From NCBI GenBank assembly GCA_004764695.1, contig SMSO01000034.1:3348001-3412000 (forward strand): a stretch of DNA of 64,000 bases, written 5' to 3'. Source of the DNA: Schizochytrium sp. TIO01 (lineage: Eukaryota; Protista; Bigyra: Labyrinthulomycetes). Positions 11,937-23,698 of this stretch are shown here, piece after piece (position 1 is the stretch's first letter; every line of letters starts with the position of its first letter). The notes under the pieces are model-generated. The model did not search any database, was not told where the DNA came from, and saw only the letters and a list, made by a program, of their open reading frames with translations. The translations under genes were made by a program, and so were the position numbers.

Positions 11937-13187
11937 TGTACCCAAGCCCAAGGTCACTTGCGCTCACGAGGAAATCAGAGTATTGGTTTTACTCTGTACA
12001 ACTGCTAAAACGTACGTCCCAACTTTCTTATGCAGCCTATTACATCAACTTCCCCGTGCGCGCACGACTGAATACACTGGCTCTGGGTAAGCGTAGTGAT
12101 TTGGCCATCAGGTCGCCCTCCTTGGAGGGCTTTGTTTGGGCCAACGCTTTGCCACCTACTGTTTAGGGAAATCCCAAAACACAGCGTTTTAGCAGCTTTG
12201 TCAAAGCACAGGCTTTTCAACATGGATTCAATTGTGTCCATTTCTCAGAATAGTCAGCGCGGCATTAACGTTCGCAAAACTGCCTAACAGGGTGCTAGAC
12301 ATGCCAACACATCCATTTACGTACGAATACACACTCTTTTCCTCTCAGAATGCAGATAGATGCGCATCGCTTTCCTCCTTCGAACTGACCATTTAATTGG
12401 CAAATCCGGCATCCTAGTTTCGGCCAAGATTTGTGAAAATACTCCTTTAAATCTTAGCAAGGTGGAGATCTTGAAACTCAACTATGTTTCGGGAAGAGAA
12501 TCCATGAGCCACCGGCTGCGAATCACTAATCATCGAGGTGGATCTCCGCAGGACCATGTGCCAGGCCTTTAAAACACCCACTTTAACTGCTTCACTCAGG
12601 ACAAGTGTTAGTACCTCTTATTCGCATCAAATGCAAATGCAAGCACTAGCCAATCCATGGTGTACAATACAAATAAGAAAGTACCTAGTCACCCGTCCAT
12701 ATCTGATGTAACGGATCTCGGCCTCAATGTTCCCAATGTTCTCTGTGGGTGTGTGCTGGCTGTGCTCTTTGTCCGCCGTGGGCGGTTTCAATCTTCTGCG
12801 AGACTGAAGCCATGACGTCAGCGAGAGTCTCCGCCGCACAATCTCAGGCCAAGTTACAGCAATCGACGGAGTGCCTGCTTCAGAGAAATTGCCACGCGGC
12901 CTCGACCTCGCCCAGACTGTTGCTTCGATCGCAAGACGCTGTCCGTGTCAGTTTCATTGCTTGCTTTGGTCAGGCTGTGGCAGATGATAGATACCGCTGT
13001 AGTTCCTGTTCCAGTTCCAGTTCCAGTTCCTATCCCCAAAGGTTGGCACAATCTTCGAAGCCAAAGATCGGAGTTCCCGTCTGAAGGAGTCGAGCGTACT
13101 CTTCATGCCTGCGTACACGAGACCTCGCTCTGCCGGCCGGAACAACCAAGCGACCTGGACTGCTGCAGAGTCCAGACTGGTCCTGGC

Positions 13188-13248
13188 GTCTTCGAGGTCT
13201 TCGAGGTCTTCGAGGTCTTCGAGGTCTTCGAGGTCTTCGAGGTCTTCG
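13188..13248. repeat. 9-bp tandem repeat (TTCGAGGTC) x~6.5
   Basis: Read directly from the sequence. Confidence 0.95.
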
Positions 13249-14181
13249 TAAGCAGCTGCTGCTGTGTCCTCCGCCCGAATGAACGAATGAACGAATGAAT
13301 GGATGGATGAATCTCTGTTCACCGTCAGTTCCACTCACTCTCAAAGCGCCTCAGCTCGTGCCGGATTCCTTCGACGATGCAGAGGAACTCTTGAAGACAT
13401 CGAACCGAGCGTGGACTCCCCCGTTCGAGCATCGTGACGGCCACGCTCATCGAGGCGATCGCTGCCATCGATGCTGTCTCGACGTCCTTGGGAGCGGACA
13501 TCTTGCTACACTCCGCTCCTTCGAGCTGCCTCGGTTATTTCCCGATACCCTCCGGGTACAGCAATCGCTCTGAGCGGCGTACTCGAGCGAGCGTGGGATC
13601 TCCTTCGTCGTCGTCTTCATCGTCGTCTTCATCGTCGTCGTCTTCATGGTCGTCTTGGACGCCTTGCGTTGGAAATGAACACGAGGTACACGGCAGAGGG
13701 AATGGCAATTCTCTCCATGCGTTTGGCAGTCGCTCGATTTGCTGGTCCAACAGCTGGAGTTGGGCAGTTCACCGCCACGGTCATCGGGTCGTGGTGGGTC
13801 GGGTTTGTTGTCTTGTGGAAGGCGATCGATCGATCGTGAATTGATTCATTGATTGATTCATTCATGAATGGCGGAAAGCTCGATATGAACAAATGCAGCG
13901 GATTACATATGACTCCGGATGGGCCGTAAGACGCGGTGATTGTGGTGAGTGGTTCAACAATCATTCTTGAAGATCTTCGTCGAGTTCCCCAATGTGCACA
14001 AACTGGTGCTTCAGGATCGCCAATGCCTATCGTGATATGGTAGCGCACAAAGGAAACATACACAAAGGAAACATACATAATCCATGGATGAATCGAACTA
14101 CTTTGGAGTATCGATGTTTTCCACTCAATCTACAAAAGGCTGAAAACGTTGTCCTTCCTGCAAAGAGCACAGCCGGAATAA

Positions 14182-14185
<4 letters not shown>

Positions 14186-14214
<29 letters not shown>

Positions 14215-14305
14215 CAAAACAAAACAAAACAAAACAAAACAAAACAAAACAAAACAAAACAAAACAAAACAAAACAAAACAAAACAAAACAAAACAAAAC
14301 AAAAC
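14186..14305. repeat. (AAAAC)24 microsatellite followed by (TTTCC)n
   Basis: Read directly from the sequence. Confidence 0.97.
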
Positions 14306-14590
14306 ATTTTCTTTCCTTTCCTTTCCTTTCCTTTCCTTTCCTTTCCTTCCTTTCTTTGTTTTCTTAAAAATAAAATAAAATAGAAATGCATTGGTACATA
14401 GACACGTACTAGTCAGAGGTACCGAGTTAAAACCTTTTAACTTGGGTAAAAACCCAAGTTTTACTTTCAATTTTAATTAATAAAACGATCGAACCACGCA
14501 CATTGTGCTCTTAATTCAGGCCGCTCTTTTCTTTTCTTTTCTTTTCTTTACTTTCTACTCTTCTCCTACCCTCATCTTCCAAGCCCTTTC

Positions 14591-14700
14591 ACAGTTCCTT
14601 CTTCACCGTCACTAACGTGAAAAGGATGGACCAAGGAAAGGAAAAAGAGAACAGTTCTTTCTTCACCGTCATTAACGTGAAAAAGGATGGACCAAAGAAA
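14591..14700. repeat. Two-copy ~50-bp direct repeat, 60-bp period (ACAGTTCYTTCTTCACCGTCAYTAACGTGAAAAGGATGGACCAA)
   Basis: Copies start at 14591 and 14651 with few mismatches. Confidence 0.85.
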
Positions 14701-15159
14701 GAGAAAAGAAAGAGAAAAGAAAGACGAAGAGAAGAGAAGAGTACGTGAAGAGACGATCGTTGCGCTTCCGTGGTGCTCGTTCGCTCGCTCGCTCGCTTGC
14801 TTGCTTGCGTGCTCGCGTGCCAGCCCTGAGATCAAACTCGGCTCCCGTGCACGCACAGCCCTGCGGCACAGGCTTGGTCTCCGCTCTCGAAGCACGGGGT
14901 TCGGGAGATGGAGGGAGCCCTCCTCATTCCTGGCCGGGGCCGGTGGGTCCCCTCAAAAAACCGAGGGCAAAGCGCGCAGAACCTGAAGAAGAGCGAGCGA
15001 GACCAATCGAAGCGCGGCTGATGGGCCACGATTCGTCAGGCACGCACGAGAAGAGATAGATACGGAGGTCTCGCTTTACCGCGATGCAAAGCGCCGAGGA
15101 CTTCGGAGTGGGTTCTGCAGCGCCCTTATCCCGTTTCAAGACGACCATGACGGCGACGG

Positions 15160-15193
<34 letters not shown>

Positions 15194-16049
15194 AGAATGG
15201 GGTAGAGCGAGCTTGGAGAATCTGCGTGAAGGTACGTATGCGTGTGTGGATGCGTGTATGGAGATGCATGCGAGAATTGGCGATGGATGAGGGTTAGTTG
15301 TCAAATTCGAAGGAGTTACAGGTATGTTTATCCCACCTTGGAGCAGCTGGCTTTGCCGTTCATGACACTTGCCATTGCGGTCGTCGAGGTGGAGATCTGT
15401 CTCGGCTATTTCGGGCGATGAGTCAATGCAAGGCAACGCAAGGCAACGCAGCTATGATGATGGTGATGCCAAAGGGCTTTATTTTCTGGAGAAATCCGCT
15501 CGTAATTAATCATTTATCCGCTGCATCTTGTTCGCCATATTGCCCACCCGCGTCTCAGCGACGGCCCTGATCTGGTGCCTGTTTCTGTGTAGGAGCTCGA
15601 AAGAGGAGCTCCAGGCATTTCAAAGGAGCTCTATGTCTTTGCGTTGTTTGCTTTGTTTGTTTATTTGTTTGTTTGTTTATTTGTTTGTCAGTTTCTTTGT
15701 TTGTCTGTTGAGATGAGAAATGACGATGGTGATGATGGTTTTCAAGGAAGAAGAACGTGTTGGTAATTAATGTTGTACCCGCGGAGTAGATAGTAGCTAG
15801 TGCCTACGTGTATACTACTACACACCTACTACCTACAGGAGAGAAAGAACTAACAAAAGAAGCAGAGAGATAACGAAAAGAAAAGATAAAATAAAATAAA
15901 GATAAAGATAAAGATAAAGATAAAGAAAGATAAAGATCAGTTTCCTATTTCTGTCATGGATCGTTTTGATGGAGGATCAATTGAGATCATGCTCGAGCAA
16001 ACCCCAAACTCATCCGATCCTCTCTCGCGTTCGTGATTTTGACAGACAG

Positions 16050-16384
16050 GTACGTTGGCAGGCGAACTCAAGGAGACGTCGCGCTGCACCCACGCGAGCC
16101 ATTCACGCCGGCGTGCGACTAGACACAAGCGTGGTTGACAGCGGCTGTGCAAGTGCCACGGTTGGCCACAGCTTCGCGCTGGATGGACTGATAAACAACA
16201 ACCAGACTCATCGACAGAAGGCAAAGTAGCCAACTAAGGTGGCCAACCAACGCTCACGCTGGAGCTGAGCTGAGCTGCCCTCAGCTTGAGAATGCGTGGC
16301 ATGCTTCGTGGAGCAAGAAGTGAAAATGTGCGTAGCTATGTTGAATGACTGACTAACTCAAATATTGGTTATATGGATGTGCAG
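16050..16384 (+). other. Probable 5'-UTR spliceosomal intron of the GST-N-like gene
   Basis: CAG|GTACGT donor at 16050, GACTAAC branch-point-like sequence near 16351, and GCAG acceptor ending at 16384, with 14 nt before the ATG. Confidence 0.55.
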
Positions 16385-16398
16385 AAAACAACAGCAAA

Positions 16399-16770
16399 AT
16401 GTCGCTCCCCACGCTCTTCCTCAAGTCCTCTTGCCCGTTCTGCCTCAAGGTCGTGGTCTTCCTGTCCGAGGCTGGCATGCTCAACAAGGTCAAGATGGCC
16501 CCGGACTCCTCTGCCAACCGTGAAATGCTTCAGAAAATCATCGGCGAAGGCTCTCTCAGTTTCCCTGCGCTTCAGTTGAAGGATAACGAAAAGCCCCTCA
16601 TGGACTCCGACGGTATCATTGACCTCTTCGCCAAGCAAGGCAACATCGACGTCAACACCCTCCAGGCCCTCCCATACTACAAGGAAGGCGTGATGAAGGG
16701 ATACATCAACATGATCAAGCACATCGGTAAGCCTGAGGTCTTCGATGTCATTGAGGGCAAGAAGCCGTAA
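16399..16770 (+). CDS. Small thioredoxin-fold protein, GST N-terminal/glutaredoxin-like (CPFC)
   Basis: LFLKSSCPFCLKV, cis-Pro-type SFPAL and MDSDGII motifs; strong C-ending codon bias; AAAATG start context. Confidence 0.9.
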   Translation: MSLPTLFLKSSCPFCLKVVVFLSEAGMLNKVKMAPDSSANREMLQKIIGEGSLSFPALQLKDNEKPLMDSDGIIDLFAKQGNIDVNTLQALPYYKEGVMKGYINMIKHIGKPEVFDVIEGKKP

Positions 16771-18576
16771 ACATCCTACATTGCAACTCTCCGCAATTTT
16801 GATACTTTTGGCAAACAATGAGGCCCCGGCACGCGCATCTATAAATAACACTCTTAACAACTTACACATTTACTAGTTATACGCATCTTCTCCTCTTCAA
16901 AGCATAATGTAATTCGAAATTGCTTCTAAGACCTACCTACCTACTGTACGATACGCAGTAAGTAGTTTTACTTTTTTTAAAAATAAATCTATCTTTTTTC
17001 TCAAATCTCGGCATTTTAAATGCGCAGATTTGAAGTGAAGTCCGAATGCTGCTCGTCATGAGGTACACAACTCAAGTGACTTAACTCTAGAGTGTGCTAT
17101 CAGCCAAACATTCAGTGAAGCCTAAATGCCAAGTCTGTGGAAAATGAGTACTATGGTACCACGTTTTTGGTCCGATTTGACTCGTTGACGCATGTACGGG
17201 TACTTGGCGATGGCATCATCAAACGTGTACACTATGATGTGGTCAGAGCGTCGACTTTGTAATCTTAGAGAAAAATCAACTTGCTTTCTTCACTAGCCCT
17301 CGATATGACCATCAGGTCATCTTGGCTGTTAGGATAGACTATAAGACCCTGATGATTTCTAGTCCTAAATGAATTGAACGGTCTTGAGCAACATTTGAGA
17401 TGGAGTCATTCGTAATACACGAATTACATAGTTTTTTTAACCCGCAAAAGGCGAGGAGGATGGGAAGCACCAAGACTATGAACTTCATCTCCTCGAATCT
17501 TTTGATATAGTAGTAGCAGTACAACCCACCCATCTCTAATAGTAGATCAAGGCATTAATGTTTAATATGAGAGCTCCATTTCCTTCATATTGAACAAAGA
17601 TTAACACTCAATCATAAAGCGGTACTTATAATATCAGCCAGGTGCTTTAAGGGTAGTCAGGGAAGCAAAGGGATACAAAATGCTATGGTTAAAGACAAGG
17701 ATCAAGGATAATTAGTCGCCCATCAGCTAAGATGTTCCTTTTATTTACAGTGTTGAGAGTTGGACTATCGGGGTAACTCCTTCAAGTTATGCCGATTTAG
17801 TTGTTAAGTCGCGTTTGAAGAAGCTCTAGAGAACGATAGTCTGTTTTTGTGTTTTTTTAAAGTGAGCTTTTCGGTCCTATGAGTCATTCTTTGCGCTTTC
17901 CATGGCCAAGTTAACACTTTGGATTTTAGAAGATATCTACAAGACTTTCTAAGGCTTCATCCTCCGCTGTCAATGAATTCTAAGCGGTCATTTTAGAAGG
18001 TAATTTCCCTCAATGTCATCGGAGTTTAAATCCCCCAGCCTTATTTATTGTCCCAAGCAAGTCATTTAAAGTGAGGAGTAGCCCCGTATTGATCAAGAAG
18101 GCATCGTTGAAACTGAGCCGTCTTACTTTTTTATATACCCAGATGCCTTTGGAGAATCATCTATGGAGATACCTCCCTAATGCTCGTTTTCCATGCGTAA
18201 TACATCATGCCGGCCTCTGGTCTCAGCATTGTCCCTCATTTCACCCGTAATTTTAGTAACTTAGACTTTTTATAAGTTTTGGCACCACAATCTCCACTCG
18301 TACAAATCTACGGACGATCCACACCTCGATTCAGACTCCCTAGCACATGTCCTGTGCATCCAAGTGCGGCATTGATATTCAATGCACATCAAAGTCTACT
18401 CGCTAAGGAGGTGCTATATTTTCGCCTAGTTAAGATCGTCTCCCATTGCTTTATGTATAGTATGCACACTGTTGTGTTGACGATGAAAAAAAATTGATAG
18501 TCCTGACAACGTTGAGTCAGCAAACCTGATTCAAAGGGAGTTGTCCCGTTCAGGGACCTGGGCTCTCGCAACCGTG

Positions 18577-21450
18577 ATGAGCGGAAATGTGCCCGAGGCA
18601 GGCCTAAATGGTGGCGCTGCTGCCCCGGGCGCTTCTGTGGTCTCACTGGAGGTCGGCCAGGCGACGAGGTCTCCAATGGCCGCGCTGAGTGCTGCTGAAG
18701 AAGCGCTCTCGACGCCGCTTGCAGATTTGGAGAGAGCCCCTTCAGATGCACAGAGTAGTATCGTCGAAGAAGACGCAATCTTCTCGACTGCTGGGATGGG
18801 CGAAGAAGAAATCTTAGCACACTTTGCAGAGAAATTGACGCGAATTTTGGAAGCGAACGAATGGTTTGCCCTACATGAAGAACTGAGGCCTCCTCGACAA
18901 ATCATCTCGGACGCGACATGGGCCAAACTCGACAATTATGTGCAGCAGAGGAGCTTCCAGGTGCCTGGAAGCCCACCTTGCACTTGCTTTAAGAGCAACA
19001 GTGACTCGCGTGTCTTCGTACGGATGGACAAACCTAGTGCTAGCGGCATCGTGTGGGCATATACGGCAGTAGAATACTCATCAGCGCAACATGCAGCGAT
19101 GCTGCAAAATCTGCCACAGGAAGTACCAGATCTGAGGTCAAACCGAGCTCTGAAGTTTATCATGAATTTCCACCATCGGTTCAAGACTAAGGAAGAGGCA
19201 AACCCGGACGCTGAAAATCCACCTGGCTACATCGGCTCCCGGAGCTACGATAATCCAAAGTCTAAGCCAGCAACCCGTAAGCGCTATGCACCCCGTAAGA
19301 GGCCTTTTGCCGAACTAGAAACGGCGAATGCAGGTCATGCACATGCATTGCTACGTCAAGCGAGCCAGGACGTATCGCGAAATCTCTTGGTGCGAGAACT
19401 CAGGCATATTGATGCCGTAGGGAAGAGGGGCGGTGGCAAGGGACCTATGGATGCTCTTTTTATTCAGTTGCTCGATAGATTTCCACAAAAGGGCTCCTGG
19501 ATCACTACTTATGATATAGAGCGCTACGGGATCCAAAAGCAGGATGTCCTTGGTGGTCGCATTAAGTGGTGGAGCTTTTGGACTACTGTTGACTCTGTAA
19601 GTGAGGTTTCAACAAGTGCCGACTCATGTTGCGTAGCTCGTCTAGGCGATTACATCCTGGTGCGTATGCTGGTCCCGTTGCTAGGTTTTCGATGGGTATA
19701 TATCATGGATGCGAACATGTGGAGTGAAGACCTGAACGAGTCCAAGCTTAGCTCATATCAAAATGAGTGTAGAACTCATCTTCTCGCCTCCTATCGCGCA
19801 GGCGTGCTTTTTAATGTTCGTCCGCACCCCGCGATGGATCAGGACGAAACCTCCAAAAGCCCCCCAGGTAGTAGTGGCGAAGTAGCCACAACAAACAATG
19901 CTAACGGAAGCAGTGCTGCTCAAAGTCATGCCTTTCGTGTCCTTGGTCTTGAACCCTCCAGAGAACCAGTTGGGGGACGATTTCGTGAAGACCTTATCGC
20001 CTTATTAGCGTGTACACTAATTGCGCACACTCCAACTCATGTATGGTTTGAGGAAAGCGAATTGCGCCCGAAACACAAGATTTCAACAACAGTGTGGCAG
20101 AATTTAATGGACTTTTGCGATCAACATGGTAAACCTATGCGCACCACTAACACTGAAAGGGAACATGTAGATCTTTCGGTCATCTGTCTGTCCATGGGTA
20201 GCAACTTTTTGATGAAAACCAGAAACAAGATTTTTGACACCATATGGTTTTATATGGCACCCAAAACAGAGTATTCTGTCGATCAGCACGAAGCTCTCAT
20301 GGACCAGCTTTTCAATGCTCAAACAAAGGCCCCACGGCATGTCAGTGTTGCTCGGCCAGTTGGAGAAATGCGAGCTTTGTTGGCTACGCAGCATGACCTT
20401 CTTGCGGAGCGTGACTTCTTTGATCGACGTATTGTCAACAAGGTCCGCGATGAGCTAGTGAAAGCTGGTGGAAGTTACGTTGTTGTAGAAGATGCTACAG
20501 ACCCGCTTGTTCATATTCATGAAGACACTGTGCTACGCCAACTGCGGGATGGGTCCGGCGCGGAAGGCTTCTCAGTGTCTTGGAATCTAGATAACGGCAA
20601 TGTATCAGTGACTGTTTTGGGAAACCCAGTTCGCATTCCTTACCTACCGGTAAATTGTAGCACACCCTGGGAAATCGGCAAATTATTTATTGAATTACGT
20701 ACCTACGATGTTTGCCCTGGAGATGGTTTTCGGCATCCACTATTCACGCGACGCTGCGCAGAGGTCTTTGTCGATATGCCTCAGTCTCACCAGGACAAAG
20801 CTGCGGCTCTTGGCTCACCTCAACGTCTGGTGATCGGAGCCGTATTAGATGAGAATGAAGAGGTTGCTGTTGTAGTTGAATGTGCTTTCGATCCTGAAAC
20901 TAAGCGTGCACAATTCCGTGCCCGGGCAGCTGATTGCGAAATGTATACGCTTCGTAAGAAGACGAATCGCTTTGTAACATGCAAAAACTGCCTGAAACAA
21001 CTGAACACTCGTGTGCGCCGTGGAGAAGCTCGTTTGGCCAAAGCTCCACAGGAACGTGAGCTTGGATATGGCCATCTTGCACGCTCTGAACTGAAGGTGC
21101 GATATGACCATGCTGTGAAAGAACTTAGCAAAGCAAGGCGGCGAGAAGACCGTGCAAAGGATATGCTGACGAAGCAACGCCGCGAGAATCGTGAGCTACG
21201 TCGAGAAACACGCGAAGGTCCGCCCCTCGGAGATCCTATGCTTCAAACGCCTGAGGTTGAGGATGCTAGCATAAGGCTATCCTCATATGCTCATCTTGAT
21301 GGTCAGGAGAGAATGCAGACGCCCTCCCCTCCTCCTCTCGAAGCCGACCATATGCATCACTTACAGCAAGACCTGCCATCAAATCTCCATCGGAGCCAAA
21401 ACTCAAACACTACCTCAACAGTCCCTTCATCGTCATCTGGCATCTTGTAA
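18577..21450 (+). CDS. Uncharacterised ~957-aa protein with a duplicated ~100-aa domain, basic NLS-like segment, Cys-rich putative Zn module and coiled coil
   Basis: Long uninterrupted ORF. The repeat is ELRP..IS..TW..L / W.Y...EYS..QH.A....L, occurring twice. Also TRKRYAPRKRP and CPG...C...C...CKNC. Confidence 0.85.
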   Translation: MSGNVPEAGLNGGAAAPGASVVSLEVGQATRSPMAALSAAEEALSTPLADLERAPSDAQSSIVEEDAIFSTAGMGEEEILAHFAEKLTRILEANEWFALHEELRPPRQIISDATWAKLDNYVQQRSFQVPGSPPCTCFKSNSDSRVFVRMDKPSASGIVWAYTAVEYSSAQHAAMLQNLPQEVPDLRSNRALKFIMNFHHRFKTKEEANPDAENPPGYIGSRSYDNPKSKPATRKRYAPRKRPFAELETANAGHAHALLRQASQDVSRNLLVRELRHIDAVGKRGGGKGPMDALFIQLLDRFPQKGSWITTYDIERYGIQKQDVLGGRIKWWSFWTTVDSVSEVSTSADSCCVARLGDYILVRMLVPLLGFRWVYIMDANMWSEDLNESKLSSYQNECRTHLLASYRAGVLFNVRPHPAMDQDETSKSPPGSSGEVATTNNANGSSAAQSHAFRVLGLEPSREPVGGRFREDLIALLACTLIAHTPTHVWFEESELRPKHKISTTVWQNLMDFCDQHGKPMRTTNTEREHVDLSVICLSMGSNFLMKTRNKIFDTIWFYMAPKTEYSVDQHEALMDQLFNAQTKAPRHVSVARPVGEMRALLATQHDLLAERDFFDRRIVNKVRDELVKAGGSYVVVEDATDPLVHIHEDTVLRQLRDGSGAEGFSVSWNLDNGNVSVTVLGNPVRIPYLPVNCSTPWEIGKLFIELRTYDVCPGDGFRHPLFTRRCAEVFVDMPQSHQDKAAALGSPQRLVIGAVLDENEEVAVVVECAFDPETKRAQFRARAADCEMYTLRKKTNRFVTCKNCLKQLNTRVRRGEARLAKAPQERELGYGHLARSELKVRYDHAVKELSKARRREDRAKDMLTKQRRENRELRRETREGPPLGDPMLQTPEVEDASIRLSSYAHLDGQERMQTPSPPPLEADHMHHLQQDLPSNLHRSQNSNTTSTVPSSSSGIL

Positions 21451-22303
21451 AATTTAGAGTTTTGCGAGTCACAAGTGTGTAGGAATAGAATTGTAGCTGT
21501 TGATTTCATTGCTTCAATTGGAATCAAAGGAGCAGATTGATTATTGGAAGTGTGTTTTAGTGGGTGGGTTCATAGACACTTTAGACAATGACTATTACAA
21601 ACATCAGGGTCAAAGAACTTACTACTGTTAAACTTGGCTTTGATCTTTTTATTTTACGCAAACGAAAGAGAGCGATGCCGCTGATTTCGCCGTTTAGAGC
21701 ACTACTCACTATTGAAACTTTCCAAACTTCAACCACAACCCACATATCTTGAAAATTGCCCTTATTTTTATTACTGCATTGCACTAATATACATATTTAT
21801 AAAGCTATCTTAAGTCTCGTAGAATAGTTTTCCACTGCCATAGGAATTTCGCGAGCCTTATTTTTGTCCTCCGCCCCTCGCTACCAAAAATTACAGGACC
21901 TGGACCTTCTTCGTCCCAAGCCCATCGATCTATACCAAGGTGCTCAGGCTCGCTCGAAAAAAACCGAAAATTTATTTTGACCACACCTCGAACTGTAGCC
22001 ATCGACATCTTACTAGCAGGCCAGTATACAAAGAAATCTACAAAACGAAACGCAACTTGAACATTTTGGTTGTGCGCGACCTTCTCGAAAGTCCTCTAAA
22101 GCAGGACAGTACCAAAAATATAATCAAAACACTAAGACATCCTATTGCACTGTGTTTCCTCTACTATTTTTTATTTTGATAAGAGGAAAGAAGGAAAAGC
22201 GGAGAGTCGCGACAGAAAACTGAGATCAAAACTCGAACGGATCGATCACTGGAGCCCTGCGAGGCCCACTTTGCGGAGCGGCGGAGGTGTGCCAGCAACG
22301 GAG

Positions 22304-23698
22304 ATGCAGGACCGCGTTAACAAACGATGCCTAGACGGCGCAGGCGATGGTGTCAGTAACGGCAGAGCACGGGCTTCGTCTTCAACCTCGAGATCCTCGT
22401 CGGTACGTCAAATGCGAACAGAAGCAGCAATCGATCTCACGCAAGATGACGAAGACATCGCACCGACTTCGAGAAGATATGCAAGTGCACAACCCCCGAT
22501 GTACGATGGTAGCTCGCGTGTTAGAAGCGAGGTCAAAAGAGATCTTGACGTTGACAGTACGGAGCGCAGGTTCTCAACAAAAGCAAGGGCAAACAGCATG
22601 CACAGAGACGTGAGGACCAAGCCTCAGGACTCAAGAACATCAAGCTCTGCAGCCGCTTCGAGCTCGTCAGGTGCTTCAACATCCGCCTCGGCTTCAAACT
22701 CTGCGAAGTCAGGGTCCCAAACTGCCCCGAAGCTGCAGGTGGACGAGAATGCTGACTACTATGAGATCTTGCAGATCTCGAGAGAAGCGACTTCAGGTGA
22801 AGTTCGCAAGGCCTATAAGCGCATGGCAATGCGGTTCCACCCTGATAAAAACCCTGGTAACCGAGAGCAGGCTGAACTGGCCTTCAAACTCGTTGCTGAG
22901 GCGTACGGAGTTCTGAGCGATGACGACAAACGTAAAATGTACGATCGCTATGGCAAGGAAGGTTTACAAGGTGGTATTGGTGGGACGTCCTCTTCATCTG
23001 CAGGCAACGAAGAAGACTACGTCCATGTAGACATGAAGCATGCTCGAGACCTTTTTGAGCAGTTCTTTGGCTCTAGAGGCGGTTTCGGCTCCAGTGGCAT
23101 GTTTCCCTTCGAGGACGACTTTGATCCATTCAATCATCCGTTCTTCAATAACGGTGTTGCAGGGAGGCGCAGTCAGCGCCACCGACGCCAAAGATCAGAT
23201 CGCCCGCGTGCCGATGATCTCTTTCGCCAACATGCTATGCATGACCACTTTGGTGGGATGGGAATGGGCATGGATCCGTTTGGGGGCTTTGGAGATAGCG
23301 ATGGAATGGGACCCTTTGGGGGTATGATGGCAAACTTTGGAGGCCCTTCAGTGGGCTTTGGCAGTATGGGCATGGGCATGAGTATGGGTGGGGGTATGGG
23401 AGGAGGCATGGGCTTTATGGAATCTATGCTTGATGGAAGCTTTGATCGTGCTTTTGAGGATGGCCCATCGCATTCGTTTTCCTCCGTGTACAGCTCATCT
23501 GCTGGCTCAAGCGGAATTTCACGCTCTGTACGAACTACGACTACGATTGAAAATGGCGAGCGTGTTCGTGTGACTGAAACAACGACACACTATCCTGATG
23601 GCCGTGTTGAACGCAATGTAGAAAGAACCGGAGGTGACCATCCTCAGATTGCCTCGTCTGCGAGTAGGTCCTACTCTAGTCGTTCTCTCCGATTTTAA
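22304..23698 (+). CDS. DnaJ/Hsp40 class B-like (DNAJB6-like) co-chaperone with N-terminal disordered extension
   Basis: J domain DYYEIL...KAYKRMAMRFHPDKNP...FKLVAEAYGVLSD, G/F- and G/M-rich region, and C-terminal SRSVRTTTTIENGERV beta motif. Confidence 0.93.
   Translation: MQDRVNKRCLDGAGDGVSNGRARASSSTSRSSSVRQMRTEAAIDLTQDDEDIAPTSRRYASAQPPMYDGSSRVRSEVKRDLDVDSTERRFSTKARANSMHRDVRTKPQDSRTSSSAAASSSSGASTSASASNSAKSGSQTAPKLQVDENADYYEILQISREATSGEVRKAYKRMAMRFHPDKNPGNREQAELAFKLVAEAYGVLSDDDKRKMYDRYGKEGLQGGIGGTSSSSAGNEEDYVHVDMKHARDLFEQFFGSRGGFGSSGMFPFEDDFDPFNHPFFNNGVAGRRSQRHRRQRSDRPRADDLFRQHAMHDHFGGMGMGMDPFGGFGDSDGMGPFGGMMANFGGPSVGFGSMGMGMSMGGGMGGGMGFMESMLDGSFDRAFEDGPSHSFSSVYSSSAGSSGISRSVRTTTTIENGERVRVTETTTHYPDGRVERNVERTGGDHPQIASSASRSYSSRSLRF

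Noticed and set aside
13992-14470. ORFs with KQNKT/FCFVL repeats
   Set aside because: Artefacts of the (AAAAC)n microsatellite.
17130-17540. Short peptides resembling a kinase Gly-loop (VLGDGIIKRV) and a hydrolase elbow (MGGLYCYYYIK)
   Set aside because: On opposite strands, with no supporting downstream motifs.
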